A stretch of DNA of 64,000 nt from Acetobacteraceae bacterium (GTDB lineage Bacteria; Pseudomonadota; Alphaproteobacteria; Acetobacterales; Acetobacteraceae). The stretch covers positions 1,740 to 65,739 of the forward strand of contig JANWJK010000020.1 of the NCBI GenBank assembly GCA_025452005.1, read 5' to 3'. The position numbers and the translations under genes are program-made. This document shows, piece by piece, positions 1 to 13,261 of this stretch. Position 1 is the first letter of the stretch, and each line of letters begins with the position of its first letter. The notes beneath the pieces were generated by a model. It was not told where the DNA came from. It saw nothing but the letters and a program-made list of their open reading frames with translations, and made no database searches.

Positions 1-74
1 GCGCGGCGCGCGGGCTTCGCGCGCTGGGGATGATGCCGGCTCCTCGGGCGGTGCCCAAGGAGCCGGTTGGATGC

Positions 75-479
75 TCAGGCGTTGGCGGTACGGCGGCTCG
101 ACGTCTCGCCGGCGGCGGAGTGCGGTGCCTTCTTTGCCGTGGTCGCTGCGTCACCCATGATGGAGCGCAGGTCGCGCAGGAAGGCCGCACCCTTCAGCGT
201 GCGCTGCACCAGAATGCTGCGGCGATCCAGCGGGTCCACCTTGCGGCGTGCGAGGTCGAGTTCGCCCAGCCGGTCGAGTGCGCGGGTGATCGCCGGCTTC
301 GATACATTGAGATCGGCCGCCAGGCCGCGCACCGTATGCCCGCCGTCGCGTAGGTAGCAGGTCAGGAATACGCCGAGCTGGCGTGCCGACAGATCGGCGC
401 CGTCGCGTCGCACCAGGGCGACGACGGTCTCACGCAGGATGCCGACCATGTGATCGGCCGAGGGGCTGACAGCCATCAT
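75..479 (-). CDS. MarR family transcriptional regulator
   Basis: Lies in ORF 75..533(-). Winged-helix stretch LSARQLGVFLTCYL...GLAADLNVSKPAITRALDRLGELDLARRKVDPLDRRSILVQRT is typical of MarR. The track start at 533 is GTG. I chose ATGATG at 474-479, preceded by AAGGAA, as the start. Confidence 0.8.
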   Translation of the reverse strand: MMAVSPSADHMVGILRETVVALVRRDGADLSARQLGVFLTCYLRDGGHTVRGLAADLNVSKPAITRALDRLGELDLARRKVDPLDRRSILVQRTLKGAAFLRDLRSIMGDAATTAKKAPHSAAGETSSRRTANA

Positions 480-625
480 TGTTCCTTTCAAGGGCCCGGA
501 CAGGTTCAGTTTATTGTGTGAGTCATGGGGCACCCATCGGTGCCGAGGCGGGATCGATCCTACCGCAATTCCATTTCATAAACGAAGCTTTTTCGTATCG
601 CTCGCGGAGACGTTACCGAGAGTGT

Positions 626-2014
626 TCAATCCGACTTCGCACGCTCCATCACGGCGCAGAACATGGCCCGCATACCGTAGGCCTCGCCCCCTTCGGGACG
701 ACCCGGCGAAGTCTGGTCGTTCCAGGCATACAGATCAAAATGCGCCCACATCACGTCCGGTGTAACAAATCGCTGTAGGAATAATGCCGCGGTGATTGCG
801 CCAGCATGCGGCTTTGACGATACGTTATTGAAATCGGCGATCGGGCTGTCCAGCCAGCGGTCGTAGGGTGACCAGAGCGGGAGCCGCCACATCGGGTCGT
901 GCTGCTCGCGGCCGGAGCGCAACAATATTTCCGCCCATTCGTCGTCATTGCAGAACATCGCCGGCAGGTCCGGACCAAGCGCCACGCGCGCCGCGCCAGT
1001 CAGCGTTGCACAGTCGACCAGCAACGCCGGTTGCTCGTCGCACGCCTCAGCCAGCAGATCGCACAGCACGAGCCGCCCTTCGGCATCCGTGTTGCCGACC
1101 TCCACCGTCACGCCCTTACGGGTGCGGATCACGTCCAGTGGCCGCATCGCCGTGCCGGAGATGGAGTTCTCGACGCAGCCGATGCGCACGACGAGGCGCA
1201 CCGGCAGGTCCGCCTCCATGATCATCCTGGTGAGGCCCAGAACGGTGGCGGCGCCACCCATGTCCTTCTTCATCCGCAGCATGCCGCTCGACGGCTTTAT
1301 GTCGTAGCCGCCGGTGTCGAAGCACACACCCTTGCCGCACAGTGAGATGAGCGGCACGCCGGCGTGCGCTGCACTGCCGGACCAGCGCAGGATCGCGACA
1401 TGCGCCGGTCGGGCCGACCCCCGGCCGACGGCTGCGACCGTGGGATACGCCTCGGCCAGCGCGTCATCCGTGACAAGTTCGACGGTAGCGCCGTAGTGTC
1501 GGCCGAGCGAGGCGGCGAACCCAGCCAGTTCCGCGGGGCCGAGAAGGTTGGCCGGTGTATTGATCAGGTCGCGCACCATCCAGGTGGCAGCGGCGGCGGA
1601 ACGGGTCCGTCGCTGCGCCATGGGCGCCAGCAGTCGGGCGGGACTGCGTTTGGCCGCCTTCAACGCTCCGTAGCGGTAGGCGCCGAGACAGAAACCAAGG
1701 GTAGCAATGGCAGCGTCGTAGTCGCCGGCCTGCAGATGCCAGGGCATGCCTTCCGACAGGCGGAACGCGAGGTTGCCAAAAGCGGCGGGCGAGGTGTCGT
1801 CGCCGAGACCAAGCACCGCGCCGACCACGCCTTCATCGCCGGGTAGGAACAGCAGCTCCTGGGCCGCTGCCGTGAAGTCGAGCTGGCGGAGGAAGCGCGA
1901 CTGTGCCGCGGGCAGGCTGTCAAAGAACGCGGCAAGGCCGGAAGGACGCACGGCGTAGAGGGGCCGGGTCGCATCGGCGTTGTCGACCAGGCATTCGAGT
2001 GTCTGCTCCAGCAT
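626..2014 (-). CDS. M17 family leucyl aminopeptidase
   Basis: Signature NTDAEGRLVLCD plus CGKGVCFDTGGYDIKP and MKKDMGGAA. The track start at 2056 is TTG. ATG at 2014 has GGAGG 5 nt upstream. Confidence 0.85.
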   Translation of the reverse strand: MLEQTLECLVDNADATRPLYAVRPSGLAAFFDSLPAAQSRFLRQLDFTAAAQELLFLPGDEGVVGAVLGLGDDTSPAAFGNLAFRLSEGMPWHLQAGDYDAAIATLGFCLGAYRYGALKAAKRSPARLLAPMAQRRTRSAAAATWMVRDLINTPANLLGPAELAGFAASLGRHYGATVELVTDDALAEAYPTVAAVGRGSARPAHVAILRWSGSAAHAGVPLISLCGKGVCFDTGGYDIKPSSGMLRMKKDMGGAATVLGLTRMIMEADLPVRLVVRIGCVENSISGTAMRPLDVIRTRKGVTVEVGNTDAEGRLVLCDLLAEACDEQPALLVDCATLTGAARVALGPDLPAMFCNDDEWAEILLRSGREQHDPMWRLPLWSPYDRWLDSPIADFNNVSSKPHAGAITAALFLQRFVTPDVMWAHFDLYAWNDQTSPGRPEGGEAYGMRAMFCAVMERAKSD

Positions 2015-2074
2015 AGCCCCCTCCGACGTTGCCACGACGGGCTTCGCTGCGCTCAACCCATCGTGGCGCCCGCT

Positions 2075-3895
2075 CTAAACCAGTGACGACCCGAGCAACA
2101 GCGTAACCCGTCGGGCAAATTGGGCCGGATCGCGCGGGAGGTCACCTTCTTGGACACGGGCGAGATCGAGCAGCGTGCCGGCGGCTTCGGCGATCAGCGC
2201 TTCGTCCTGATGCTTTTGTGCCAGTGACTCGATCAGCGTGTGGCGCGGATTGACCTCCAGCACCGGCGAGGCCGGCAGCATGGCACGGCCGGCACGACGC
2301 AGCAGCCGCTGCATCTGCAGATCGGGCCCCCTGTCGCCGGCCGCCAGGACCACCGCACTGTCGGTCAGGCGGCCGGTCGACCGCACATCGGCCACTTCGT
2401 CTCCCAATGCCTTCTTGAGCGCAGCCAGCAGCGGCGAGATGTCCGGCAGACCTGTATCCTTCTCCGGCTCGGTCGGGGCCTGGGTGACACTCTTCAGGTG
2501 CTTGCCTTCGAAACTATCGAGCCGGTCGGGCCAGAACGCGTCGATCGGATCCGACAGCAACAGCGCCTCGGTGCCCTTGGTGCGGAATCCCTCAAGCTGC
2601 GGCGAGGCGCGGAGTGCGTCAACGTTGTCGCCGGCGAGGTACCAGATGGTGTCCTGCCCCTCCTGCATTCGCGAAAGATAGTCCGGCAGCGAGGTCCAGC
2701 CGTCCTGCGAGGACGAGCGGAACCGCAGCAGTGGAGCAATCTCGGCGCGGTGTTCGGCGTCCTCCCATGCACCCTCTTTCAGCACGGCGCCAAAATTGTC
2801 CCAGAGTTTTGCGTAGTCCTCGGCATCCTTGGCGCGGTTCTTCAGCTCCGCCAGCACGCGGCCGATCAACGCCTTGCGGATCCGTGCCAGCACCGGCGTG
2901 GTTTGCAGCATCTCGCGCGAGACGTTCAACGGCAGGTCCTCGGTATCCACCACGCCCTGCACAAAGCGGAGCCAGGAGGGCAGCAGTTCCGCCTTGTCGG
3001 TGATGAACATCCGCCGCACGTGCAGCTTCACATGCGACTCGCGATCGCCGTCGAACGACTCGAACGGCTTCATGCCAGGGAGGAACAACAGCGCATGGAA
3101 CTCGAGCATGCCTTCCGCGCGCCAATGCAGCGTGGCCCAGGGCGTGTCGAACAAGTGACCGAGATGGCGATAGAATTCGTTATACGATTGCTCGGAAATC
3201 TCGCTACGCGGCTTGCGCCACAGCGCGGTGCCCTCGTTGGCCGGTAGGTCTTTGCCGTCGCGAGCGATGGTGATCGGCAGCGTGATGTGGTCGGCCCATT
3301 TGCGCACGATCGCCTCGAGCCGGATCGGATCGAGGTACTCATCGGCATCGGACTTGATATGCAGCACGATATCGGTGCCGGCGGTCTCGCGCACACCCGG
3401 CGCGATGGTGAACTGGCCGGCGCCGTCGGACGCCCAGGTGAACGCCTCCTCGGAGCCCGCCTTGCGCGATGTCACTTCCACCCGGTCGGCGACCATGAAC
3501 GCGGAGTAGAAGCCCACACCGAACTGGCCGATCAGGCTGGGCCGCTCCTCCGGCTTGGCGGACGCCAGTGCCGCGCCGAAGGCGCGGGTGCCGGAGCGGG
3601 CGATGGTGCCCAGATTGTCGATCAGATCCTCCCGGCCCATGCCGATCCCGTCATCGGCTATCAGCAGGGTGCGTGCGGCCTTGTCGGGCACAATGCGGAT
3701 CTTCGCCTCAGCCGGTGGGGCAAGGGTGGCATCGGTCAGCGCCTCGAAGCGGCGCCGGTCCATCGCGTCGGCGGCGTTCGCCACCAATTCGCGCAGGAAT
3801 ATCTCGCGCTCGGAATACAGCGAGTGGACCACCAGATCGAGCAGCCGCCCGACCTCGGCACCGAAATCATGCTTCTCCGCAACAGCATCATTCAT
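2075..3895 (-). CDS. htpG: Molecular chaperone HtpG (Hsp90)
   Basis: 606 aa. The N-terminus [27 protein letters not shown] and [15 protein letters not shown] are Hsp90 ATPase motifs. AAGGAGG RBS lies upstream of the ATG. Confidence 0.95.
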   Translation of the reverse strand: MNDAVAEKHDFGAEVGRLLDLVVHSLYSEREIFLRELVANAADAMDRRRFEALTDATLAPPAEAKIRIVPDKAARTLLIADDGIGMGREDLIDNLGTIARSGTRAFGAALASAKPEERPSLIGQFGVGFYSAFMVADRVEVTSRKAGSEEAFTWASDGAGQFTIAPGVRETAGTDIVLHIKSDADEYLDPIRLEAIVRKWADHITLPITIARDGKDLPANEGTALWRKPRSEISEQSYNEFYRHLGHLFDTPWATLHWRAEGMLEFHALLFLPGMKPFESFDGDRESHVKLHVRRMFITDKAELLPSWLRFVQGVVDTEDLPLNVSREMLQTTPVLARIRKALIGRVLAELKNRAKDAEDYAKLWDNFGAVLKEGAWEDAEHRAEIAPLLRFRSSSQDGWTSLPDYLSRMQEGQDTIWYLAGDNVDALRASPQLEGFRTKGTEALLLSDPIDAFWPDRLDSFEGKHLKSVTQAPTEPEKDTGLPDISPLLAALKKALGDEVADVRSTGRLTDSAVVLAAGDRGPDLQMQRLLRRAGRAMLPASPVLEVNPRHTLIESLAQKHQDEALIAEAAGTLLDLARVQEGDLPRDPAQFARRVTLLLGSSLV

Positions 3896-3974
3896 CTGCG
3901 ACCCTCCTTACGGGCCGCGATATGCGTCACGATGCTGCTCGTTTCAATGCAAGGGCGGAGCAGCGTGCCGTTCG

Positions 3975-5618
3975 CTAGCGCGCAGCAGCCGCTCTGGCGC
4001 AGGTCGCGCCGTTGGCAGCCCTGGCATCCTCTCCTGCTCGCACCAGCCGCGGGTAGCGGCCCGCGGCGAGAGCGTCCAGGCTCGACGCGGGAAGGTGCAA
4101 TTCGGTCGCGTATTGCCAGGAATACACCAAGGAGTCCTCGATGAACTGCCGGGTGTTCCCGTTGGGAATCGCCTCGATGAACATCAGAGGATCGCCCTCG
4201 TCGCGCACCCCGTCGACCCATTTCCGCAGCCCGCCCTGGCCCTGGCCATAGCCTGCCAGCAACCGGATCAGGTCACCGTCGATCACATCGTCCTCCGCCA
4301 GCGTCAGCATCAACTGCTGACCGATGGCCAGGTTGATCCCCGGATCCTGTAGACGTCGCGCCTGTCCCCCGGCGACCGCATGCGCGGTGCGGGGCATGAT
4401 CTGCATCAGGCCGCGGGCTCCGGTGCTCGACACCGCCGCGGCATGGAAGTTCGATTCATGGCGGACCAGGGCGTAGACCAGCGGCGGATCGACCAGGAAG
4501 CCGCTGGCCGGCCGCAGACGTACCAGCGTCGCACCATCCGGACGCGGCATCCCGTTCCGCTCGATCTCGGCGGCCAGGTCGGTGAGGCCGACCGCTCGCG
4601 CCGCCAGGACGATTGAGCGATCGAACACGCCGTCCTTCCTGGTGTCGATCCAGAGGGCGCGCAGCTCCGCCTCGCCGAGGCGCTTCTCGCCGACCTGGAG
4701 CAGCGCGAAGGCGCGGCGGCCCTGAGGTGTCGCCAGCAGAGCCTCGGTATCGGCGTTGCCGAGTGTCTCGTGGGCCATGCAAGCCACCGCGGGGCCGAGC
4801 GCACGGCGGGCAATCAGGCCATAGAACGTGTCATCCTCGAGAGCGGCGCGACGCATCCATACGGCGAACTTTCCGCGATCGCCCCCGCGCTGTGCGACCC
4901 GGGCGGCCCAGAACGCGCCCGCAGCCCGCAGCGCGGTCGTCTCAGCGGTGCGATAGGCAGCCTCGAACAGCGCCGCGGCGTGACCCTCGCCGAGCCGCAG
5001 GGCCGCCAGGCCACCAACGAACTGCGCGTCGGCGTCGGCCGGCCGCGTCCGGGCGGCTGCGACCGCTGCGGCATCGCGGTTCTGCACGAACAGCGGTCGC
5101 GGGCCGGACATGGCGCGACTTGCCGCTCGAGGGGACGACGGCAATGGGTCTGCTGCCTGGGAGGTCGGTGCCAGGCGCTCCAGCAAGCCGCGAACGGTCG
5201 GCGCCTCCGCTTCATCGCCGAACCGGACGAGCCACGCCGTAAGCTCGGGCGGGGTGGGGCGGCCGCGCAGGTAGCGGTCCGCCAAAATGGGCCCAAGCAA
5301 CAGATCATTCTGTAGCCGGTCGGTTTCCCGCGCGGCCTCGCTAACCGAACCGGCACCTTGGAGGGAGAAAATTCTCCGCATCTGGGCCGCTTCGCTTGGC
5401 GACAGCGGTTGTGGGAGTCCAACGCCTGCCGCGCCGCGCAGTCCCACCCGCGGCACCGCCAGTGCGGCCTGGTCGGCGCTCTCGCCCGGTCTCTGCGCCT
5501 GAGCAGCACAGTAGTTCCCCGCCGCTCCAAGCAAAGCGGCGAGCATCGCTACCCAGATCACCAGAGCACAGGTCGATCGTGACCCTCGCCCTCGCATCCG
5601 ACCGCAATACACGCTCAT
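3975..5618 (-). CDS. Soluble lytic murein transglycosylase (SLT domain) with signal sequence
   Basis: C-terminal SLT catalytic motif HESNFHAAAVSSTGARGLMQIMP. Hydrophobic N-terminus ALVIWVAMLAALLGAAG. Confidence 0.85.
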   Translation of the reverse strand: MSVYCGRMRGRGSRSTCALVIWVAMLAALLGAAGNYCAAQAQRPGESADQAALAVPRVGLRGAAGVGLPQPLSPSEAAQMRRIFSLQGAGSVSEAARETDRLQNDLLLGPILADRYLRGRPTPPELTAWLVRFGDEAEAPTVRGLLERLAPTSQAADPLPSSPRAASRAMSGPRPLFVQNRDAAAVAAARTRPADADAQFVGGLAALRLGEGHAAALFEAAYRTAETTALRAAGAFWAARVAQRGGDRGKFAVWMRRAALEDDTFYGLIARRALGPAVACMAHETLGNADTEALLATPQGRRAFALLQVGEKRLGEAELRALWIDTRKDGVFDRSIVLAARAVGLTDLAAEIERNGMPRPDGATLVRLRPASGFLVDPPLVYALVRHESNFHAAAVSSTGARGLMQIMPRTAHAVAGGQARRLQDPGINLAIGQQLMLTLAEDDVIDGDLIRLLAGYGQGQGGLRKWVDGVRDEGDPLMFIEAIPNGNTRQFIEDSLVYSWQYATELHLPASSLDALAAGRYPRLVRAGEDARAANGATCARAAAAR

Positions 5619-5837
5619 ATCGTGGCTGGCAACACTGGCTGGTTATCAAGTCGGGGCGACGTCGGCGAGCGGCGGATTTCATACGTAGGTCGGCTGTGCC
5701 GCCAGTGGTCAACCGATCGAAAGGGATATATTCAGTATTACTTGTGCAATACGCAGGTGCCAGAGCTGTCTTTCGCAACGACTTTGCCAGCCCAGTCAAA
5801 CATTGACCTGGCGAGTAGTGCGACCGCACATCGCCAT

Positions 5838-6995
5838 ATGCGCCTGCTCCGCCTCTCGCTCACCGAGTTCCGTAACTACGCCGCGCTGACGTGGCGGCCC
5901 GGCGCGGGGATCAATGTGCTCTACGGACCGAACGGAAGCGGCAAGACCAATCTGCTGGAGGCGGTGTCGCTGCTCATGCCGGGCAGGGGCATGCGAAGTG
6001 CGCGCAACGCCGACCTGCCGCGGCGCGGCGCGGCCGGTGGCTGGGCCGTTGCCGGTCGCTTCGCCACCGCGGGTGGCGAGGTGGATATTGGCACGGGCAG
6101 CGCGCCGGATGGCCCGCCCGATCGCCGTGTCTTCCGCCTCGACGGGGTCGCGCCACGCAGCCAGGCGGAGATCGCCGCGCGTATTGCGGCGGTGTGGCTC
6201 ACACCGCAGATGGATCGTCTGTTCCAGGAGGGCATGGCGGGCCGGCGCCGCTTCCTCGACCGGCTGGCGTGGGCGCTGGAACCGGGCCACGCCCGCGAGG
6301 TCGCGGCACACGATGCCGCCATGGCACAGCGCAACCGGCTGCTCGCGGACCGCCGGGCCGATCCGGGGTGGCTTGCCGGGTTGGAGGACTCGATGGCGCG
6401 GCACGCCGTGGCGGCAAGCGCGGCGCGTATGGCATTGGTGGCACGGATGAACGCCGTGGCGCCGTTCCCTGGCTTTCCCGTGGCGCGCATGGGTCTGGAC
6501 TGCGCGATCGCCGGGCGGCTGGGGCCCGAGCCGGCTCTGAAGGTCGAGGACTGGCTGCGCGACAGCCTCGCCGCGACGCGTGTCCGCGATGCAGATGCAG
6601 GGTCCACGGGTGTCGGCGCGCACCGCGCCGACATGACACTGGCCGATGCCGTGACCGGCACGCCGGCGGCGATTGCGTCCACCGGCGAGCAGAAGGCATT
6701 GCTGGTCGGTGTCATCCTGCGCCATGCCGCGCTGATCGCCGAGGCACGTGGCTTCGCGCCGATGCTGCTGCTTGACGAACCGACGGTCCATCTCGATCCG
6801 GAGCGACGCGCCGCGCTGTTCGAGGCGTTGGTGAGACTGCCGGCGCAGACGCTGATCACCGGCACCGACGCTGAAACCTTTCTGCCGATCGCCGGGCATG
6901 CCGAAGGAATGCACGTGCATAGTGGTGAATTGCTGCCGGATCGGCGTTTTCCACAGATAGATTCGATCGCAGCCCCTGTGCCCGGCACGTCGTAG
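5838..6995 (+). CDS. recF: DNA replication/repair protein RecF
   Basis: MRLLRLSLTEFRNY..., Walker A GPNGSGKTNLLEAV and Walker B LLLDEP. ATG at 5838 lies inside the longer track ORF 5622..6995. The gene sits immediately upstream of gyrB. Confidence 0.9.
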   Translation: MRLLRLSLTEFRNYAALTWRPGAGINVLYGPNGSGKTNLLEAVSLLMPGRGMRSARNADLPRRGAAGGWAVAGRFATAGGEVDIGTGSAPDGPPDRRVFRLDGVAPRSQAEIAARIAAVWLTPQMDRLFQEGMAGRRRFLDRLAWALEPGHAREVAAHDAAMAQRNRLLADRRADPGWLAGLEDSMARHAVAASAARMALVARMNAVAPFPGFPVARMGLDCAIAGRLGPEPALKVEDWLRDSLAATRVRDADAGSTGVGAHRADMTLADAVTGTPAAIASTGEQKALLVGVILRHAALIAEARGFAPMLLLDEPTVHLDPERRAALFEALVRLPAQTLITGTDAETFLPIAGHAEGMHVHSGELLPDRRFPQIDSIAAPVPGTS

Positions 6996-7023
6996 CAGCT
7001 ATATAGTTAGAGTATCCAAATAG

Positions 7024-9474
<2,451 letters not shown>

Positions 9475-9486
9475 CGCCGTCAACCT

Positions 9487-9529
9487 CACGGCTTGCGCGA
9501 GGGTTTGTTTAACCCTCTGGCAAGCCGTG
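9487..9529 (+). terminator. Stem-loop directly after gyrB; possible terminator lacking a U-tract
   Basis: CACGGCTTGC gc GAGGGTT tgttt AACCCTC tg GCAAGCCGTG is a nested inverted repeat 13 nt after the gyrB stop. No T-run follows it. Confidence 0.35.
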
Positions 9530-9565
9530 CCTGATATCCTGCTCGCCCCATTCCGGAGGTCTGTC

Positions 9566-10912
9566 GTGTCGGCAGCGCCGAGTTCCGACCTGTCGATGTC
9601 CAGTATTGGCCACGCTGCGCTGGTCGCTGACGACGACGCCATGGTACGTGACGTGCCTCGGTCCCTCCTGACCGAGGCAGGTTACACGGTCATGGCTGCG
9701 GCGAGCGGGCAGGAGGCGTTGGCGCTTGCCTCCTACCTCGACGCTGCCGTGGCGATCCTCGATCTCGCGATGCCGCATGGCGATGGACTGCAGACCTGCG
9801 CTGCGCTGCGAAGGATGGCGAATTGGCGGCATGTACCGATCCTGATTCTGACAAGCTATCATACAGATGCGGCATTACGCGCAGCCCGCTGCGCCGGGGT
9901 CAGCGGTTTCGTCTGCAAGCCGTTCGTATCGTCCGAATTGTTGCGGCGGATCGCCAGCCTGACCGGAGACAGGACGGCACCCAGGCAGCATGCACAGATG
10001 GTCTGGAAGCGCCGGACGCTGGACCGCGATCCGGCGGAAGGGGCCGAGAGCGGCGTGCCGTGGGAGCGATCGAATGCAATGTTTTCGCCGAGCTCGAACG
10101 CGATTCTACAGGCTTATCGCGGCGCGGCCTCGATGAACTGTGGTGCGTCGAACAATTCGGACTGCGAGAATGCGGCGCCGGAGCACCGACGGATTCTGCT
10201 GGCGGAGGATGAGACAACGACGCGCGAGATCGTCGGTCATCTTCTCGCCCAGGAAGGATATCAGGTCGACACCGCCGCAAACGGTCGAGAGGCATTATCG
10301 GCCGTGATCGTCGGCAATTACGATCTCGTCCTCATGGATGTTCGCATGCCGACATTGAGCGGTACCGAGGTGACACGATTGATCCGTTCGCTGCCGAATG
10401 CCAAGCGACACACGCCGGTTATTGCAATGACGGCGAACGCGTTCAACCTGTTCGCTCAGGAAATGCAGGAAGCCGGCATGAACGGCTATCTTATGAAGCC
10501 GGTCAGCGCGCCGGCCTTGCTTGACTGCGTGCGGCAGCACCTTGACGGAGAGGCGCAGCCTGCGGAATACGACCGGCAGACCGGCCCTGCTCGGTTGCTG
10601 GATCTGGAGCGGCTACGGGATGAAGCCAGGTTGTTCGCACCAGGGGCCATGGGGCGGTTCCTGGACAACCTTGCAATCTCGATCGAGGAAATCCTGGCGA
10701 GGGTACAGGGCTGGGTGAGCACGGAACCCGCCGAACTGAGGTGGCGGTTACACAATATGACCGGAGTCGCTGGCACGCTGGGATGCACCGCGCTGTCGGA
10801 GGTCGCCCGCGATCTCGAGGCAGAGGCGGCGCCTTCGGATGCGTTGCGACAACGGTTCATCGCGACGGCGCGGGCATCCCTGGCTGCCATCCGGCAGTAT
10901 CGCATCGCATAG
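9566..10912 (+). CDS. Two-receiver plus HPt phosphorelay protein (REC-REC-HPt)
   Basis: REC1: LVADDD...AILDLAMPHGDG...CKPF. REC2: ILLAEDE...LVLMDVRMPTLSG...MKPV. C-terminal HPt-like LHNMTGVAGTLGCTALSEVARDLE. GTG at 9566 lies 6 nt after GGAGG. The track start at 9527 (GTG) sits inside the gyrB hairpin. Confidence 0.8.
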   Translation: MSAAPSSDLSMSSIGHAALVADDDAMVRDVPRSLLTEAGYTVMAAASGQEALALASYLDAAVAILDLAMPHGDGLQTCAALRRMANWRHVPILILTSYHTDAALRAARCAGVSGFVCKPFVSSELLRRIASLTGDRTAPRQHAQMVWKRRTLDRDPAEGAESGVPWERSNAMFSPSSNAILQAYRGAASMNCGASNNSDCENAAPEHRRILLAEDETTTREIVGHLLAQEGYQVDTAANGREALSAVIVGNYDLVLMDVRMPTLSGTEVTRLIRSLPNAKRHTPVIAMTANAFNLFAQEMQEAGMNGYLMKPVSAPALLDCVRQHLDGEAQPAEYDRQTGPARLLDLERLRDEARLFAPGAMGRFLDNLAISIEEILARVQGWVSTEPAELRWRLHNMTGVAGTLGCTALSEVARDLEAEAAPSDALRQRFIATARASLAAIRQYRIA

Positions 10913-11073
10913 GCCGGCCGATCCGCGGTAGGCAACGTGCGTCGCCTTAACGGGATTTTCTTGTTCCCCAGACAATACTCCGCGGCGCGGCGCACCCTGC
11001 AAGATTCGACGGCGGGCCCGGGCCATGCCGGCCGAATTGTGATGAGCAGTGCACCGACCCACGAGGCCCCGTC

Positions 11074-12804
11074 ATGCTCGACACAACTGTCAGTACCGAA
11101 GCGACGCGGCCTCTCGATCTCGGCAACAACGCCCCAGCCGATCAGTCGATCAATGTCGCCCCCAACCTTCACGATGCGACGCTGGTTCGCCGGTATCAGC
11201 GGTTCGCCCCGATTGGCGCCCTGACAGTCATCCTGATCTCGCTTGTCGCGCTCGCAAGCTGGTCGTTCGAGATCCCGCTGTTGGCCGGCGTGTTTCCGTC
11301 CTGGGTACAGGCGAAGGCCAATACGGCGATCGCACTCCTCGCCCTTGGCATCTGCTTATCGCTCATCAACGCGGTCCGGGGACGTGGCGGGCGGGGGATG
11401 ATTCTGGTGGTTGTCATCGGTGCAGGTCTTGCGACGGCAATCGGCATCGCGTCGCTGCTCGAAGACATATTGCGCGTGGATTTTGGCATAGACCAGTTGT
11501 TGTTCGTCGAACCAGTCGGAAGCCTCGATATGGTGCATCCTGGTCGGCCTGCGTCGACGACTGACATTTGTCTGATCCTGACGGGTGTGGCGATGCTCGT
11601 GACCACGGCGCGCACCAACAAACTCTACTGGCTACTGGGGGTATCGTTCACCACAACGCTTGCCCTGTCGATGACCGCACTTCTGGGCTATTTTGTCGGC
11701 GTTCGCGAGCTGTACACGCTTGCCGGCCACTCGTCGGCGATGAGCTTGAGTGCGACCGTCAGCTTTCTGCTGCTCGCCGTCGGGACCATATGCGCCAACC
11801 CCGATCACGTACTATTCCAGCGGCTGGCGAGCTCAGGTTCCGGTGGCTACATGCTGCGACGATTGCTGCCGCTTGTCGCAATCTTGACCGCGGGCATCGT
11901 GGGACTTCGATTGTGGGGTCAAGCCATTGGCGTGTTTGCCACTGTCGAGTTCGGTGCCGCCACCGTTACCGTGGCAACGACCATCAGCGTGAGTGTCATT
12001 CTGATATGGTGCGCCGCGCGACTTGATGACCTGGACGCGGCACGGGTTATCGCAGAAGCCGAGACCCGGCATCTCAATGCATTGCTCAATCAGAGGCTCA
12101 TCGACCTGGCGACTGCGAACCGCGAGCTTGAGACGTTCTCCTATTCGGTGTCCCACGATCTGCGGACACCGCTGCGCGCCATCGACGGCTTCTCGCGCAT
12201 TCTGTCAGAGGATTACGCAGACTCGCTCGACACCGAGGCACAGCGGATCATCGGTATCGTGCGCGACGGCACGCGCAAGATGGCGCAATTGATCGACGAT
12301 ATCCTGGCGTTCTCGCGCATCGGCCGTACCGAAATGGCCACGGCCGAGGTTGACATGACCGAGTTGGTTCGCGAGGTGCTGCACGAGCTCTCCCCGGCAA
12401 TCGGCATTCGTGAGCTGCAATTTGTGATCCCAGCGCTGCCATCGGCGCACGGCGATCGGACGATGCTCCGGCGTGTTTGGCAGAATCTGCTCGACAACGC
12501 CGTCAAATACACCAGCACGCGTGACGCTGCCGTGGTCGAGATCGGCAGTGAACTTGGGAACTCCATGGTGGGGTATTACGTCACGGACAACGGGGTCGGC
12601 TTCGATATGCGCTACGTCGACAAGCTGTTCGGCATATTCCACCGGCTGCATGGCCCTGACGAGTTTTCCGGCACCGGTATCGGCCTTGCGATCGTCAAGC
12701 GTATTGTGGCGCGCCACGGCGGCGAAGTGTGGGCCAAAGGCAAGCCGGACCTGGGAGCCACCTTCCATTTCTCTCTGCCAGCTTTGGAGACAGGCCATGA
12801 TTGA
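11074..12804 (+). CDS. Membrane-bound sensor histidine kinase (multi-TM N-terminus, HisKA, HATPase_c)
   Basis: About 8 hydrophobic segments in the first 330 aa. H-box [17 protein letters not shown] box LLDNAVKY, G boxes DNGVGF and GTGIGLAIV. Confidence 0.85.
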   Translation: MLDTTVSTEATRPLDLGNNAPADQSINVAPNLHDATLVRRYQRFAPIGALTVILISLVALASWSFEIPLLAGVFPSWVQAKANTAIALLALGICLSLINAVRGRGGRGMILVVVIGAGLATAIGIASLLEDILRVDFGIDQLLFVEPVGSLDMVHPGRPASTTDICLILTGVAMLVTTARTNKLYWLLGVSFTTTLALSMTALLGYFVGVRELYTLAGHSSAMSLSATVSFLLLAVGTICANPDHVLFQRLASSGSGGYMLRRLLPLVAILTAGIVGLRLWGQAIGVFATVEFGAATVTVATTISVSVILIWCAARLDDLDAARVIAEAETRHLNALLNQRLIDLATANRELETFSYSVSHDLRTPLRAIDGFSRILSEDYADSLDTEAQRIIGIVRDGTRKMAQLIDDILAFSRIGRTEMATAEVDMTELVREVLHELSPAIGIRELQFVIPALPSAHGDRTMLRRVWQNLLDNAVKYTSTRDAAVVEIGSELGNSMVGYYVTDNGVGFDMRYVDKLFGIFHRLHGPDEFSGTGIGLAIVKRIVARHGGEVWAKGKPDLGATFHFSLPALETGHD

Positions 12805-13243
12805 TTCGCCCGCTATGGTCAACATCCTCCTGGTAGAAGACAACGCCAGCGACGCTGAACTCTACATTCGTGCTCTGCGGAAACAAAATCTCGCGAACGA
12901 CCTGATCTGGGTGAAGGACGGCGCGGAGGCCCTAGACCTCCTGCTTCCGGACGACGACGACGGCGCGGATCGGAGACTGCCCGCTCCCAAGGTTATCTTG
13001 CTGGATCTGCGGCTGCCGAAGGTGGACGGGCTGGAGATCCTCAAAAGGCTCAAGGCAGATCAGCGGACACGTACCCTGCCCGTCGTTGTGCTGACCTCCT
13101 CGAAGCAGGACCGCGACGTCGTCGAGGCGTACGGTCTGGGCGTCAACAGCTTCATCAGCAAGCCGGTCGTGTTCGACGAGTTCGTCGATACTGTGGTGAA
13201 GCTTGGCCTCTACTGGCTCGTCGTCAATCGGCCCCCCTGCTGA
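12797..13243 (+). CDS. Single-domain response regulator (CheY/Rcp1-like)
   Basis: [13 protein letters not shown]...[13 protein letters not shown]...VVVLTSS...SKPV with no output domain. ATG at 12797 overlaps the kinase stop (12802-12804) by 8 nt. Confidence 0.85.
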   Translation: MIDSPAMVNILLVEDNASDAELYIRALRKQNLANDLIWVKDGAEALDLLLPDDDDGADRRLPAPKVILLDLRLPKVDGLEILKRLKADQRTRTLPVVVLTSSKQDRDVVEAYGLGVNSFISKPVVFDEFVDTVVKLGLYWLVVNRPPC

Positions 13244-13261
13244 ACAGACTGGCTCATTACA